A DNA stretch of 52,162 bases, the filler included, from Sphacelaria rigidula (lineage: Eukaryota): the NCBI GenBank assembly GCA_964200075.2. It is 3 parts of 3 records of this genome, joined end to end, with 100 filler letters (N's around TTAATTAATTAA, not from the genome) between each part and the next. Parts side by side here need not be neighbours in the genome. Positions count along the whole stretch, not along the records: positions 17,422 to 34,742 come from CAXNAA020001112.1; positions 34,843 to 52,162 come from CAXNAA020001113.1; 1 more part is not named here. One strand, given 5' to 3'. Both the position numbers and the translations under genes were made by a program. This document shows positions 25,801 through 37,900 of the stretch, one piece after another. The notes under the pieces were generated by a model. It was not told where the DNA came from, searched no databases, and saw nothing but the letters and a program-made list of their open reading frames with translations. Numbering within the stretch: position 1 is the stretch's first letter; every line of letters begins with the position of its first letter.

Positions 25801-28800
25801 CCAAAGCAATAGAGAGCAGAGCTCATAATAGTGACGGAATGCGAACTACACAAGGAGGAACGGGACGTGCTTGAGGGGGGAAATGCGGGACGTGGACAGA
25901 AGTGGCATGAAATCGTTGGATGCATCAGACAGTAGGGAAAAAACGATGGCTATACTAGGCGATAGATGGTGGCCACAGACGGCGGAACAGGATGGGGATA
26001 AGATGTGTAAAAGTTTTTTTTGTACGAGCTGGGCCAGCCTAGAGGCGGATTCATAGTTTGCAGGCCCATATTTAGAGTTGGAGCCTAAAATTTGGTATGG
26101 ACAATGAACAGGGCACAACGAAAAAAAAACGAGCGCACCAAAATATATTTTGTTCTTTTTCATGATTTAAGGGCATTTTACTGATACCTGAAAAATGATT
26201 TTTGCCCTCAACTCATGAAATATATGTATATATATATTGGTGCACTTGTAACTTTTCTTATCATGCCCTTTTCATCGTCCATACCAAAATTAGGGTCCAA
26301 CTCCGAATATTGGCCGACGAATGGGCCGTTCAGTACCCGGGTCGGTAGAAAATCGAAACAGTATTTTACAGTCCGCTTGCCGGCCCACGTTTGGTGTTTG
26401 TGTATTGAAATTTTGTGTGGGACCTCGCTAGGGTATAATGAACCGAAAAAAGTAGGTCGGGCTGTTTTTTTTCATTCTTCACTGGTTTAGAGCGATAACG
26501 CCGGAACCTCTCCCCCCCAAAAAACTTGAAGGCCCGTTTTTTATATATGAGCACACCTCTGTGGTTCTCCATGCAAAGTTTCAAATCACAATTCCAAAAC
26601 TTGAGCTAAACAATTGAGAAAAGGCCTGAGAGCAGTGTTCATTTCTCCTCAGAACTCTCCTAAAAACACGAAACAAATTGAAAAAAAACGAAAAAAATGA
26701 TAGAAAGCTGTTTTTATTTTCTTGTATTATGCACTAGCGATTCTCCATACAGGATTTCCTAGCACAACTCTCCAAAACTGAGACGCGATATCCAGATTTA
26801 CGGCATCTAGTGCCTCTGCTCGTAATATATCGATTTTAGTGTGGAACATTACGTGTGCCATATCTCGAGATAGATCACGAATTAGGTGAAGGTGAGGGTA
26901 TCTATTGTTTCCCCGTACTCCTGGGAATGTTCACACCAAAAATCGTCGTCATCCGCTGAACGTATCGTTTGGGGTTTCATATAGATTTTAGTATAGACTG
27001 GTGCGTTACCAAGAGGCGATGGTGACCAACACCACTTTTACCGAGAACATACCGTCCCTTGCAGCTATGCGTTCTGGGTAATTTATCTGAAACTTATCAA
27101 GACATGTACACAAGTAACGGGACAAACAGATGCAGCTAGAAGTCAATTGTCGTTGGTTAGCAACTGCTGTTGTCGCGGAGGGTGAAAGGGGAAACCATAA
27201 AAAATCACACGTGCTCACACTATGCTCGGAGAACACAGCGCACACATGCATATCCACAGCCATGGTGCAATAGCTCCAAGGCTCGCTCTTGCTCAGCTGG
27301 CAATGTCAGGCCTGGTGATAATATCGACCTAGCCACTAGTGGAACATGGAGTAGCGATCTGCTGGGCGGCAATCATTGCTGCGTGCGATTATGTAGATGG
27401 ATAAATGTGCTGTTTGGACATCCAAGACGCAGACCACGCCGGAGTTGTGCTGCTGAATAGCTCGTGTCACAAAAAATCTTTGTACGGTAGCATGTGTGTC
27501 ATGTTGTTCACTTTTTGCCGCGTTTTCGTCACCATCCAGGTGTTGGAGCGAAGGGGCGCAACATAATTATTTGCAATCACGTCCTCAGCACCTCCCTGGA
27601 GAGGTAGCGAAAAGGGTGGCCTCTCGCGTGTGCCATGAAGGAATTTTGGATCAGGCATCTGTAAGCGTCCACTCCGGAAACACTACATTTCCTATGGGGG
27701 AAATAACCATCAAATCATTGTTCTTTTCTTTTTGCACTTTCCTGTCATATTGTTGTCCCGCCTCGCGCATTATTTCATGAAGGGTAGCGAAGGTGATTGT
27801 GACAACAGAACCTGATTTACTGCACAAATAGACTGTGCATATACTTCTTCTAGCGCAGAGATGTGGCGTCTGTGTGCATCACCACCATGAACTGTGACCC
27901 TCACTCTGCTCCTACTGCATCAATCATGGTACCACATGCGCGAAATCAGCACTGTTGGCCGCCAATGCTGGATTGTTCCCAGATTTTCACTGAAAGTGCC
28001 GCAGGTCTTCGGAGGATGGTCTTAGCGGGCGTAGATGGACGCTAGATGGATACAAGCAATCAACCCTTTGAAGGCCCGGACTCCGAGGTGAACGCTGAGC
28101 GGGCCGGTTCTCGAGCGTGTTCTTATGATTGGCTTTCAGGGGGGGGGGTGGGTGGAATGATCGTTTTTTCGTTGATTACTTGCATAAAAACAGCCGGAGC
28201 CATGTATATTCCGCGCGTCACAGTTTCCTGTGCACAAGCCACGGACAGCAGCATACTGCAGTCAAAAGTACAGGGGCAGCATCAGCATCAGAGCGATCGT
28301 CGCGCCAGCAGTACCTTTGCATGTATACAGAGATGTTGGTACACAGCAAGATGATGGATGAAGAAACAATATGTACACCACTCTCCTTCGACCATGGGAA
28401 ATGTTAGTGCATATCTAGTGACTTGGACGTTTTGTTTCTGCACCATTTGGCTGAGTGCCCATGTCCTGTTAGCCTCCATCTACGTCTACAACAACCATCC
28501 CCCCCAAACTCCTAGGGTCGTGAGTGGACATAACAGAATCATGAACTTCACCCTTTATCAGCCCGCAGATAACATCTGCCCGCTCGTCATTTTCCAAGTG
28601 AACATAATGCCGATTCAAAAAAATGGATAAACCTGGGCGATCGGAGAGATGGAAACAATAGCTCAGAACAAAAAGTCAAAGCCAAAAGGCGCGCAGCAAT
28701 TTTTTTTCATAGTTTAGAAAGGCGGTTACACGGTATTTTTCCTCATGCATCGTTTTGCTGCATGTGCTGAGGTGTTCGTATATGCATGACGACAGTGAAT

Positions 28801-31800
28801 GTATTAGTGGCGCGATCAGCGTTGCTGGTTTTGTTGCAAGATCCTCAAGATAGGGTAGATTGCAAGTACGAGTGATTTGAGCTGTCGTTACTAGAGTTCA
28901 TCTGAAATGCCCAGTATTTTCAACAGTCCATCTCGAGGTACTCGGGAAGGTCCAGTCTTTTCGGCAATCGATGCCTCAGGTACTTTAAAATGATGAGTAT
29001 TTTCGGTAAGCGATACGCCAGGTACGTTGACGTGCCCTATACACCCGGAAACCCAGAGTACCTGAAGCTTCGTGTTCTATCCTCAGCACCTTGGTTTTGT
29101 CATATTGTATCAGTTGATGTGCTCCTAGTCGTGGTTCAACTCCTTCGCCCGACCACCTCAGATGGATCTAAGATGGATCACGAGACATATGTCGAAAACC
29201 ACTGGTTCGATGCAATTATGTTACGAAAAGGATTGGGAACCACGGAGCACACGGTATGTGACTATCGAGAGTGGTGCTCGTAGTCAGAGAGGAGCATATC
29301 AGCTGTGGCATCGTGGTGTTACCGGTGTGAAGATCAGGCGATGAGCTGTTCCGAGGACAGGTTGGAGGCCCAAGCGGTGAACTAAGCATGCATAATTATA
29401 GCGCGGCAAATGCGTGGCGACGGCCCTTTCTATGAAGGCGTTTTCTCGCGGTGGGGGGTCTCCCTAACCACAAGGCTACCCCTAACTCCAACCCCAACGC
29501 GAGGCAAACCGAGATTCCTCGGACGTGGGGAACACACCTTTTGTCGTAGGTGAAGTGTCCAATAGCTCAAATCGACGCCCTTGGCGCCGGTTTTGAGCCA
29601 AAACGCGTGATGAACACGCTAGGCGTGTCCATGGGACTGTGAGCTCTGCAAAGGTCCGAACGGTTCACTGGTTTCCACCGAGACCAAGTATTGTCAAACA
29701 TAATTTGGGGAGCCGGGTTGGGGAGTATTCTAAGTTGTTTTCTTCTGCCACCGCAGAAAGTCCGTCAAACCAGCGTCCAACTAGGCGCCTGGGCAGACAA
29801 AGGGCCTCCACTGCGGACGTTGCAGAAATTATGCTAGACAAACATTCGTAGATTGACATGAAGTCACCAACATTCGGATTGGTGCACATACACAAAAAAT
29901 GACTACGAGGTGCTTATTGCTTGAACCGGTTAACCATCAAATACCACGGTGCCCCAGATCGACCGTGGATCGACGGGCGGAGACATGTGCAAAACAGCTG
30001 CTTACCGTTAGCCACAACGTCACAGTGCATCATCAGTGAAGAGGTGGGGCCTGCGTATTACACAGTATGGCGTGATTGGGGGTCATCTTTGCAAATAGAG
30101 AGGAGTCGCCTGGCTATGGCATCGGGCTTGCGAGATAGAAGGGAAGCTCGCGATACCGATCCGAACGACCGCCTTATGCGCCTGATTGGACTAACGGAAC
30201 GTGCAGTCTTTATCCCGTCTAACGGAACGTGCGGTCTTGTATATTAACCCTTTTGGGACTGAAACTCAGTAACAAGTAATAAGGGGTTCACCATGAATTA
30301 ATAAAATAATAATAAACAAGTCTGGGAGCGACCTGCCCAATCACGGCGAGGCGAAATTTATCGACCACATCCGACCGATCAGTGGAGGAGGGCTGTCGCC
30401 GGGAGTGATGCCACTGCAAAGTTGGTGTACCCTGTCCCTGGCCCACAAAAAAGCCTCCAAAGCAAAAGAAAGCCCAAGTGGTCGGGGCTCGGATTCCCAA
30501 TTTTTTTTCATCATTTACTTGCATTTTGTATAGGTTCAACCTCCCATCCCCCGATTTTTTTGGGTCACCACCCTGTAGTAAAACCTAGTTGATAACACTA
30601 ACATGTAGTGCTCGGGGGAAATTCAAGAATAAATGTACCGTACTCTATATGTGGTCATGTTCACAAGGCGACTGAATCTAGCAACGCTGTGGGACGAGAG
30701 ACGGAGCTAGAGGCATGGGCTCTACGTATCCCTCTGTCGATCCGGTACAAGCGGCGGTGAGGTCGTACTTTTCGACGGGAACGAACAAGCTGTGTATAGG
30801 CAGCTGATCTCCGTCGCGGAGAAATGCCCAGAACATGCGAGAGAGAATGCAGCGGCAGCTGCTCATGCCGTTTTTGCCGCTTGCAGAAGAGGGACATTGC
30901 GGCCCACCCCGATCACAAAGGGCTGCGTGGTAAGGTGATGGGGACAATATCCAAGGCCACAAGTGGCGGGCGGCGGTTGCCACATCCTGTTAAAAGCTCT
31001 CCACGGCGACTCCTACTGCTCGCTACATCTGTACATTACCTGATGCGCGCAACACCGGACTTATAGTACAGACAGTTTGTACCTGGACCTGAAAATAGAT
31101 TGGATGAAACTTTTGGACTTCCTCTAACCCTACGGTTACATACATACGCGATTTTTTAGCAACATGAAGCCATTGTTTCATGCACATGCAGGGCACGTCA
31201 TTCCTAACCAGTCTCATTGGTCGTTCTGGAGGCCCAGTCCCAAAAGGGTGAATCAATGCAACTTGCATATACTTAACCCTTTGACCACCCGCATATGTCA
31301 TCTGCTGAATCGGCATCAATTTCACTCAAAATATTAATACATGACCCAGATGGCCGACCCTCGCGGTCCCTGTGACCTTCAGCTCCTTAAATTTAGCTGC
31401 GGATATCGTGTTTTGCAAGTTGCACAACACGTCTACTTATCTAAGCAGTTGGGTGTGGGTGAGTGTAGAGAGGTTGTATGAAAGCTAATGCATGAGGATA
31501 TCTGACCACTTTCTCGGGCCAAGCCGCTCATGTACGTTTCGTCATGTAGAGTGGACGGTACATAAACATGCTGTCATGCGAAAGTAAGGGGTGCACGCTG
31601 GCGACCACTACTGCTGCAGTGTGCCCAAGCAGCATATTCGCAGCCCAGCTTCAGCAATTTCGGCACGTTCAAGGCAATGCTAGTGTACCTCCTGCATGTC
31701 TTGGTGTACCGCTGTATGCCACATCATCTCGACTGTACTCTTATGGTACTGCGCCGCTGCTGTACCGTGTAAGTACAGACGGAATTTTTTCATCAGCGGC

Positions 31801-32810
31801 AAATTAAACTAAAATGAACAAGCATATAAGGACAATGTCCTCACTCTCATTGCTCACATTTCATTATACACCGCTTATATCCCTGCGCAATGCAATACAA
31901 CAACAGTAGTGCACAGCTCTCTACAGGGGAAGTGGGGGTAGGTGAGTGGCAAAGACTGCAGAGAGCAAAATAATCGCTGTGTGTGTATATATATAATCGC
32001 TGTGTGTGTATATATAATCCCTGTGTGTGTGCGTGCGCGCGTGTGTGTCTACGGTTGATGGTAAAATGGTAAAATACAGCTTCATCTCCAGGTTGGCGAT
32101 ACGGAGGCCCTCTTTTCTCGATACTCTTAAAAACGCGGGAAACGAAACATGCGCCCAAAAGTTGGGAATTTATTGGTCGCCCAGCGGGTCTATGGTTGCG
32201 GCGACCAATCAACATCCTGCTTTTGGATGCTTGTTTTCTCGTCTTTTTTTTTGTCTCAGAAGACACGCCCTGAGCGACTTGTAGGAGAATATGGTGAATC
32301 ACTTCGCCAATGAAGACTATCAAAATTATAATCATACCCCTCTTCAGGTGTGTTGCTCGACCTAGAAATTTCCTGCGAAGATGCATGATTGATCTGGGAA
32401 ATGTTCCCTGACGATCGGACGTGCTCATCCCTCTGTCGACAACTTTGAAATCCCTAACTGTCACCTGGAGAAACTGTTCCGAAGTGATGCTTGATGTCAG
32501 TGGGCTAAGGCTCACGATTTTGAAAGACTTGCTTGTTCCATTACGAACTGATCCTTCCTGCACCTTCTATTCATAGCTACACAACATAGTTCATACCCCA
32601 TTCGGCTGTCACTCCGGCACTACAAGCATTGAGGTGATGGACGAGGTGGCTGTTACGGTGACAAGAAATCGGATATGCGGGGAGATCATATATGCATTGA
32701 ACATGAAGCACAACAGTTGCAAATCCTCACCTTGTCGCTAGCACTGGTTGCAGTGTAAAGAAGGGAGGGAAGTTATAGAATTCAGGTTCTTCGAAAGCGG
32801 CGTTCTCCAT
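19834..32810 (-). CDS. VPS25: ESCRT-II subunit VPS25 (vacuolar protein sorting 25), 3 exons, 177 aa
   Basis: Exon 1 32810-32731 MENAAFEEPEFYNFPPFFTLQPVLAT(R), carrying the PPFF/PPxY-type VPS25 N-terminal motif. Exon 2 21321-20991 EKQLRLWCDMVLRWHH...WENQTIGRKL...GHAEW...TVYELHQGDDVLGT. Exon 3 19956-19834 DFYGMDEGLFRKALAALEKQGRAVIFQGATSEEDGVKFLG*. GT-AG sites and phases (2, 0) are consistent, and 80+331+123 = 534 nt. Confidence 0.95.
20751..20830 (-). mobile_element. 3' end of (AATC)n-tailed non-LTR retroposon
   Basis: The reverse complement AGACCACGGTTGGACCCATGGGTGGTCAGTCAAAGTACGACAATC matches 23697-23763. Confidence 0.65.
22005..23495 (+). mobile_element. 5'-truncated, decayed RTE-clade LINE (post-RT C-terminus plus 3' UTR)
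   Basis: The translation HIKAAGQR..TFVCVGGAISAGMNISIRLNRRVRAA..LRKCSFQLYDRPNGRL..EAEVMEAMLYVCVTWTP...HHQLLLR matches the RTE RT thumb/C-terminal consensus (F.YLG...ei.rRi..A; v...LLYG..tW). It ends in GTGCGACAATCAAT. Confidence 0.8.
23550..23764 (+). mobile_element. short retroposon or LINE 3' fragment with (AATC)n tail
   Basis: Ends GACCACGGCTGGACTCCTGGGGGTCACTTAAAGTGCGACAATCAATCAATCAATCAATCAA. Related copy at 20751-20830. Confidence 0.6.
26063..26315. repeat. long imperfect inverted repeat (foldback)
   Basis: Arm 26063-26148 is the reverse complement of arm 26231-26315 (shared TCCATACCAAA, TCCAACTC, TTGGTGC). The spacer is about 80 nt. Confidence 0.75.
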
Positions 32811-33019
32811 TTTGTGCTCCCCACTCCTTTAACACCACCCCGTCTGCAATTTGTCGCACAACAAGCAAGATGATTATTTTCCATGCTTCATGTAATTTTT
32901 TGGGCTACTGTTCCGAAACGTCATTTTCCATATCTCTTCGTAACGACAAACTACCCAAGCTCGACGCAAGTACAGAGAGTAGGGAATCGGAGAGTGAAGG
33001 ACATTTAAAATTCGTTTCT

Positions 33020-33188
33020 CTGGATCCATAAAAAATAAAGGCAAGCGCCGCAGAAGGAAGGTGGGGTAAATATATATATAAAAAGCTCCAGTGTTGACCT
33101 TCCTCCTGTGTGACCCCGGCTGGTGCGCCTACATATACCGAAAGGTGTAGACCGGTGTCCAGAATGGATGGGGCGACACACACACACT
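33020..33188 (+). mobile_element. SINE family S1, 3' portion
   Basis: GGCAAGCGCCGCAGAAGGAAGGTGGGG...TGTTGACCTTCCTCCTGTGTGA...GTCCAGAATGGATGGGGCGACACACACAC aligns with 13960-14121. Confidence 0.8.
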
Positions 33189-33681
33189 CTTTCGACATAA
33201 ACGCACAGTTGACGAGAATAAGGCACCGACGATAAGGCCGTGAGTATGGATTTTGAAATATACCTCGCACGACCTGCAAAAATTCAACCCCATAAGATTG
33301 AATGTATTGATTGGATTACAAGTACTTGTAGGTACGAGACTGCATTTTTTCAAGGGTCGGACGATCGTCACTGGTTCGAATCACAACATCTACCATTTAA
33401 CGTTAACCGCGGGTCGAAACGTCTCTGCGCGATTTTTGCGCTATTTCACAAGCCTGGGGTGCGCATGCGTGGGGTGCGATGCTGAAAAAAATCATGAGGA
33501 TTGATTCGTGCGGTACGATAAATCGATCACACTACAGTAGTAGTAAAAGCAAGCAATTTTCAGGCGAATCATTATTCGTCCGATCCTCGCTGCGTTTTTT
33601 TACGCTTGGTTTATGCGCGAATATCATTATCCATGATATTTTGTGAACTCTGTTTGTACATGAGGGGTGCATGTCACGCTG

Positions 33682-33892
33682 GACACTTTCTACGATAGCC
33701 ACCCCCCCCAAACCAGCCAGTCAGTTTCAGGCTGTATTAATCGTCGCATATGGGCGACATTGGCGAAAATGAACCCAAGCGGGGGAATTCCCAGCTGCTC
33801 TCGGTGTCGGGTTTCTTCATTTCGAGATACGTGTAGATTTTGCCTCCCCAAACCAGCCCCTGTTTGGGGGAGGGGCTATCATAGAAAGTGTA
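33682..33892. mobile_element. MITE family M1 (TIR GACACTTTCTACGATAGCC)
   Basis: TIR at both ends, with flanks GCTG/TCTG. The interior is the reverse complement of 40179-40428. Confidence 0.8.
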
Positions 33893-34742
33893 TCTGCATA
33901 ATCAAATCTTGCGCGGAGCCCAACCGCGTTTTCCCTTTTATTTTAACGCACGATGTGCGGGGATTATTATCCGTGATGCTTGGCTTATAAACAAAAGCCA
34001 CAAGTGAACAGAGAGTACTTTTTGACGCTGTGAAAATGGATGATGGCCATATGAGGACGTCAGGCGCCTGGTCGCAAGATCTAATCCCTATTGTGCAGTA
34101 CGCGAGCAACAGTCGCCATGTCAACCGCAAGCAGACATAACAAGGTGCGAAGTTGGGTGTAATAAAATCGTGTGCATCGTGAATAATGTTGTTCGTGGGT
34201 ACCATCTTCACCTTTTGACATGAAACATGCATGTGATTTGTGCTGCTGTCCATTGAACACCCGTCAGTACAGACGGCAACGGGCCGCAGCTTGGCGCCTT
34301 GTCCGTGTTCCGTTTTTAATACCCGCCCCCGAAATAGAGGTGTGGTGGAGTCAAAGAAGTGAGCGAGGCCCATCAACAACTTGATGTTGTAACACAACTA
34401 CAGAACATCTCCTCAGCTATGCTCTCAACGAAGTGTGACCCATGTCTATCGAGCGCTTATCCAGCGCACAAGCTAGTGTGTTCTGTTTATCTCCCGAGGT
34501 TGCCTCGGGAGATGTTCACATTCGTACAAGCCAGGAAAGTCATTTTCCATTGTGCCCGTCCGATACGATCGAACAAGGGGCCTTACAGCAAGGGGCCCTA
34601 CAGACTGGAATACGCTGTTCACCGCCCCAAATTCCCGAAAACCTCATTCTGGGCGACGGGTGGGGGGGGGGGGGGTCCCCCGCTCTGGGAGGGTGGGGAC
34701 GCCGCTGCGCGGAGGGATAATGGCGATAGTGGGTGGTGTGTC

Positions 34743-34842
34743 NNNNNNNNNNNNNNNNNNNNNNNNNNNNNNNNNNNNNNNNNNNNTTAATTAATTAANN
34801 NNNNNNNNNNNNNNNNNNNNNNNNNNNNNNNNNNNNNNNNNN
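34743..34842. other. artificial assembly spacer (44N-TTAATTAATTAA-44N)
   Basis: Same 100-bp construct as 17322-17421. Confidence 0.97.
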
Positions 34843-34869
34843 TACCCCCCCCCCCTATCGTAGGATGAC

Positions 34870-34953
34870 TCGGGGATAGAAACTCATGTGCGCGAATTTG
34901 TCCGCCAGTGTATTCACTGTCCTGACTCGAGCGCGGGAGATGTTGTTCATCAT
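34870..34953 (+). mobile_element. Ty3/Gypsy integrase zinc-finger fragment
   Basis: GIETHVREFVRQCIHCPDSSAGDVV fits the integrase H2C2 second half (m..dV..fV..C..C). Confidence 0.5.
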
Positions 34954-34959
34954 TATCGG

Positions 34960-37900
34960 CTTCGGAACAAGAGCAGGTAGCGCCGGCGCCTACGAACGGA
35001 GTTGCCAGCGAGCTAATGAGGCATCCCGACCGCCGGACACCGTCCCTCGACACTGATCGTGGTGAACATCGCGCGCACGGTGAAAGAGAGAGGACGTCCA
35101 CGCGACGCAGTAACTCTCAATTTCCCCCCGGCAATCGTGATAGCTGCAGGAGGGTGCACTTTGCGCCGGCAGGGTCTACCCCGGTTAGTAGTATGAGGTG
35201 GGGAAAGGACACAAGCAGGTTTGCTACGATGTGTGTGGCATCCAGTTCCCCGCCGTCGACGACCCATGCAACACATGCTCCTCTTGCGGTCGGATACACG
35301 ACCCGGTATCGCGACTGTGCTTCGCCCGCCACCGACCAGGAACCGGCAAAGGCAATGTCTGGCGTCATCTTAGCGTGTCACGAATTCGGGAGGCTTGGCT
35401 GTTTCTGGGGTCGTGTCCGGGTGTTGATGGCATACGCCCGATTGCGCTTCTGCAAAACTATCAATCGAGTTCAGATTACCAATGCGACCGGCATGATTGT
35501 TTGTTGCGTTTACTCGAGCGACACAGGATTGTGAGTGATGGACGGAAGGCAACGTCCCTCCCTCCGGTTTGCTGCACACCCGCGACTGTTGGTTTAACTC
35601 CCGCCCCCTATCGCTGCCGAGCCGGACATTATTGCAGAAGCACACCATGAAGTAATTGGGGCCGTTGAGGCGGGGTGTGTAGTGGGGCTGGAGGATGTTC
35701 AATCCCGGCAGACCGAAGGCAGAACCGCAGGGAACGCCTGGGCTGTTCTAGATAAGCGCAACAGCGAGCAAGCGCTGGGAATTTTTGATGCGGCGGCGGC
35801 GGATTGCGCAGTCGGTGCCACGATTGAGAAGGTGAGCGGGTTCGACGGGGCTGCATGCAATGGGCGGCGCAAGTTCATCAATCTCGTTCCTTCCGTGGTG
35901 GCGCCCGAGGTAGCCATGGCGGCCTACATTGAACTTCGCAACATGCGTGCCAGGGTACGAGAACTGGAGCATTCCGTCTCCCGTCTCACCGCCCTGATTG
36001 AGAGTGGTCAGCCTGTTGAACCCGCACTCCAACGGGTGACAGCTGCAGGTTCAGCTGGGGGGAAACGAGCCGTGATCATAGCGGCTGATTCTCTCGTCAG
36101 GATGCACATTGAAAGTGCACAAGAACTGAGGCATCGTGGATGAGGACCAGAAATACGCCGCCGACATATCGAGGAATATTCAATCCATGAATCAATTTTT
36201 GACGGATGATACGTCGCCGGCCCTGTTGGTATTGCTGAGCAGTCTGTGCCGTTTGAATGTGTCGAGTGGTGATCCGGGTTTACTTTTTCCGGCCGTGAAG
36301 ATCGCAAGGAGTGGTAGGCAAGAGGATTCTGTTCATGCGCCTAGCACCGCCGCGGCGGATGATGTCGCCGTGTCGGCGGCGTGGGATGGCGGGGCGGGTT
36401 TGGTGGGCACCGTGAACCGGTCTAGTGGTAGTACGCCATAACGGGAACACGGGGGCGCAGTTCGACGGGGATCGGCGATGTCCCGCGCCGGCGCAAGTAC
36501 ACATGCATCGACGCCGCAAGCAACGGCGCTGTGCAAGGAGATGAGGAAGAGGCAGAGGCAGATTGGGAGGCTGTTCACGATCGCGCAAAAACCTCGTCAA
36601 GTCTGTTTTAGGCCGAGGATTTAAAGCAATGCACGACTTTCATCAAGCGCAGGTGGTGAAAATGCACGGCACACCCATGGCTGTCATCGACTACATTGCC
36701 GCCCACAGATTCTGCAAGACAGAATTGATCCGATACAAGCGGGAGCAGTTCTACGTGAAGTGGAGGTTGGACAAACATCTAATGAACCTTGCGTTGAGGG
36801 CTGCTGCGACTCCTTGGGACTACTTCGATTCTTGGCCGACGACGAGTGTTACGGGGGCCGGCGCACATGCAAGTACTATGCTGGCCACCTGCGTGGCTGT
36901 GGAAACTTTGCCTGGAGCATCTGTCGCTCATGCACGTGCATCGCCGGCAAGGTGAGCTGCTGGCCGCGGATATCACGACGGGACCCCTCTGGCACAGGGA
37001 TGGTAAGCAATGGGAGTGTAACCTCTCCGTCTTCGACGATGCAGAATTCCGTTGCGCGGTGCCAAGGATCGTAGGTGAAGTTGGCCACATCGACACGTGC
37101 TTGAAGATCAAACTCAGCCAGATGAACAGGGTCGTAAATCTTTGAGGAGTCATTGTCTACGCGTTTACGCGAACGTTTCGAAGCCTCTCTCTCAACATTT
37201 GGTTGGGATATTAGTGTCGAAACATGGCAAGACGACGTGCCTGTGCATGGGCCTAGCGTTGCGTCTGGCGCAAGAATATTGTGACATTGGAGCTGACCTC
37301 GCATGAACTTGAGGTTGTTTGCACTTGGGCGCCGCGCCCGGGAAATCTAATTGGATTCACTCGTGCCAAGTAGCACTCGACTTCACAATCGACGAGGAAA
37401 AGGGAATTCTAAACCCCTCTCGCGATAAAAAACATTAACGCAAGCACCGCAGAAGGAAGGTGGGGTACTAAAACAAAATAAAAAATAGAAACGTCCTGTG
37501 TCGATCTTCCTTCTGTTTGACCACGGCTGATGCGCCCACATTTACCAAAAGGTGTAAACGCGCGTCCAGAATAGATGGGGCTACAGCACACACACTCGTG
37601 CCAAGTAGTTGAGAAAGCTACGGGTTCGAAATCCCCAGGGACGCCGTTTGTGTCTTTCCTATCCGGTACTGAGCCCCCATCGTGAACAAAGCACGAGTAA
37701 GGGCGTTGGAGAAGAATCGTCTGTGGAAACATTCCAGAGGATGCGGGAGTGCTTCTCTCATTTAAAATGCAATATTCTAAGTCGCGCGCAGCGGGCGATA
37801 TTCGGTCGTTCCACGAGACGACGTGCCCACCTTGCGAAAGGACATGAATTGAAGGTGTGAGGGCAAACAAATGCGTTACGGAGTGTATATCCCGCATCAT

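Noticed and set aside
29460..29500. interstitial telomeric repeat
   Set aside because: Only 2-3 degenerate CCCTAA-like units, more likely internal to a dispersed repeat.
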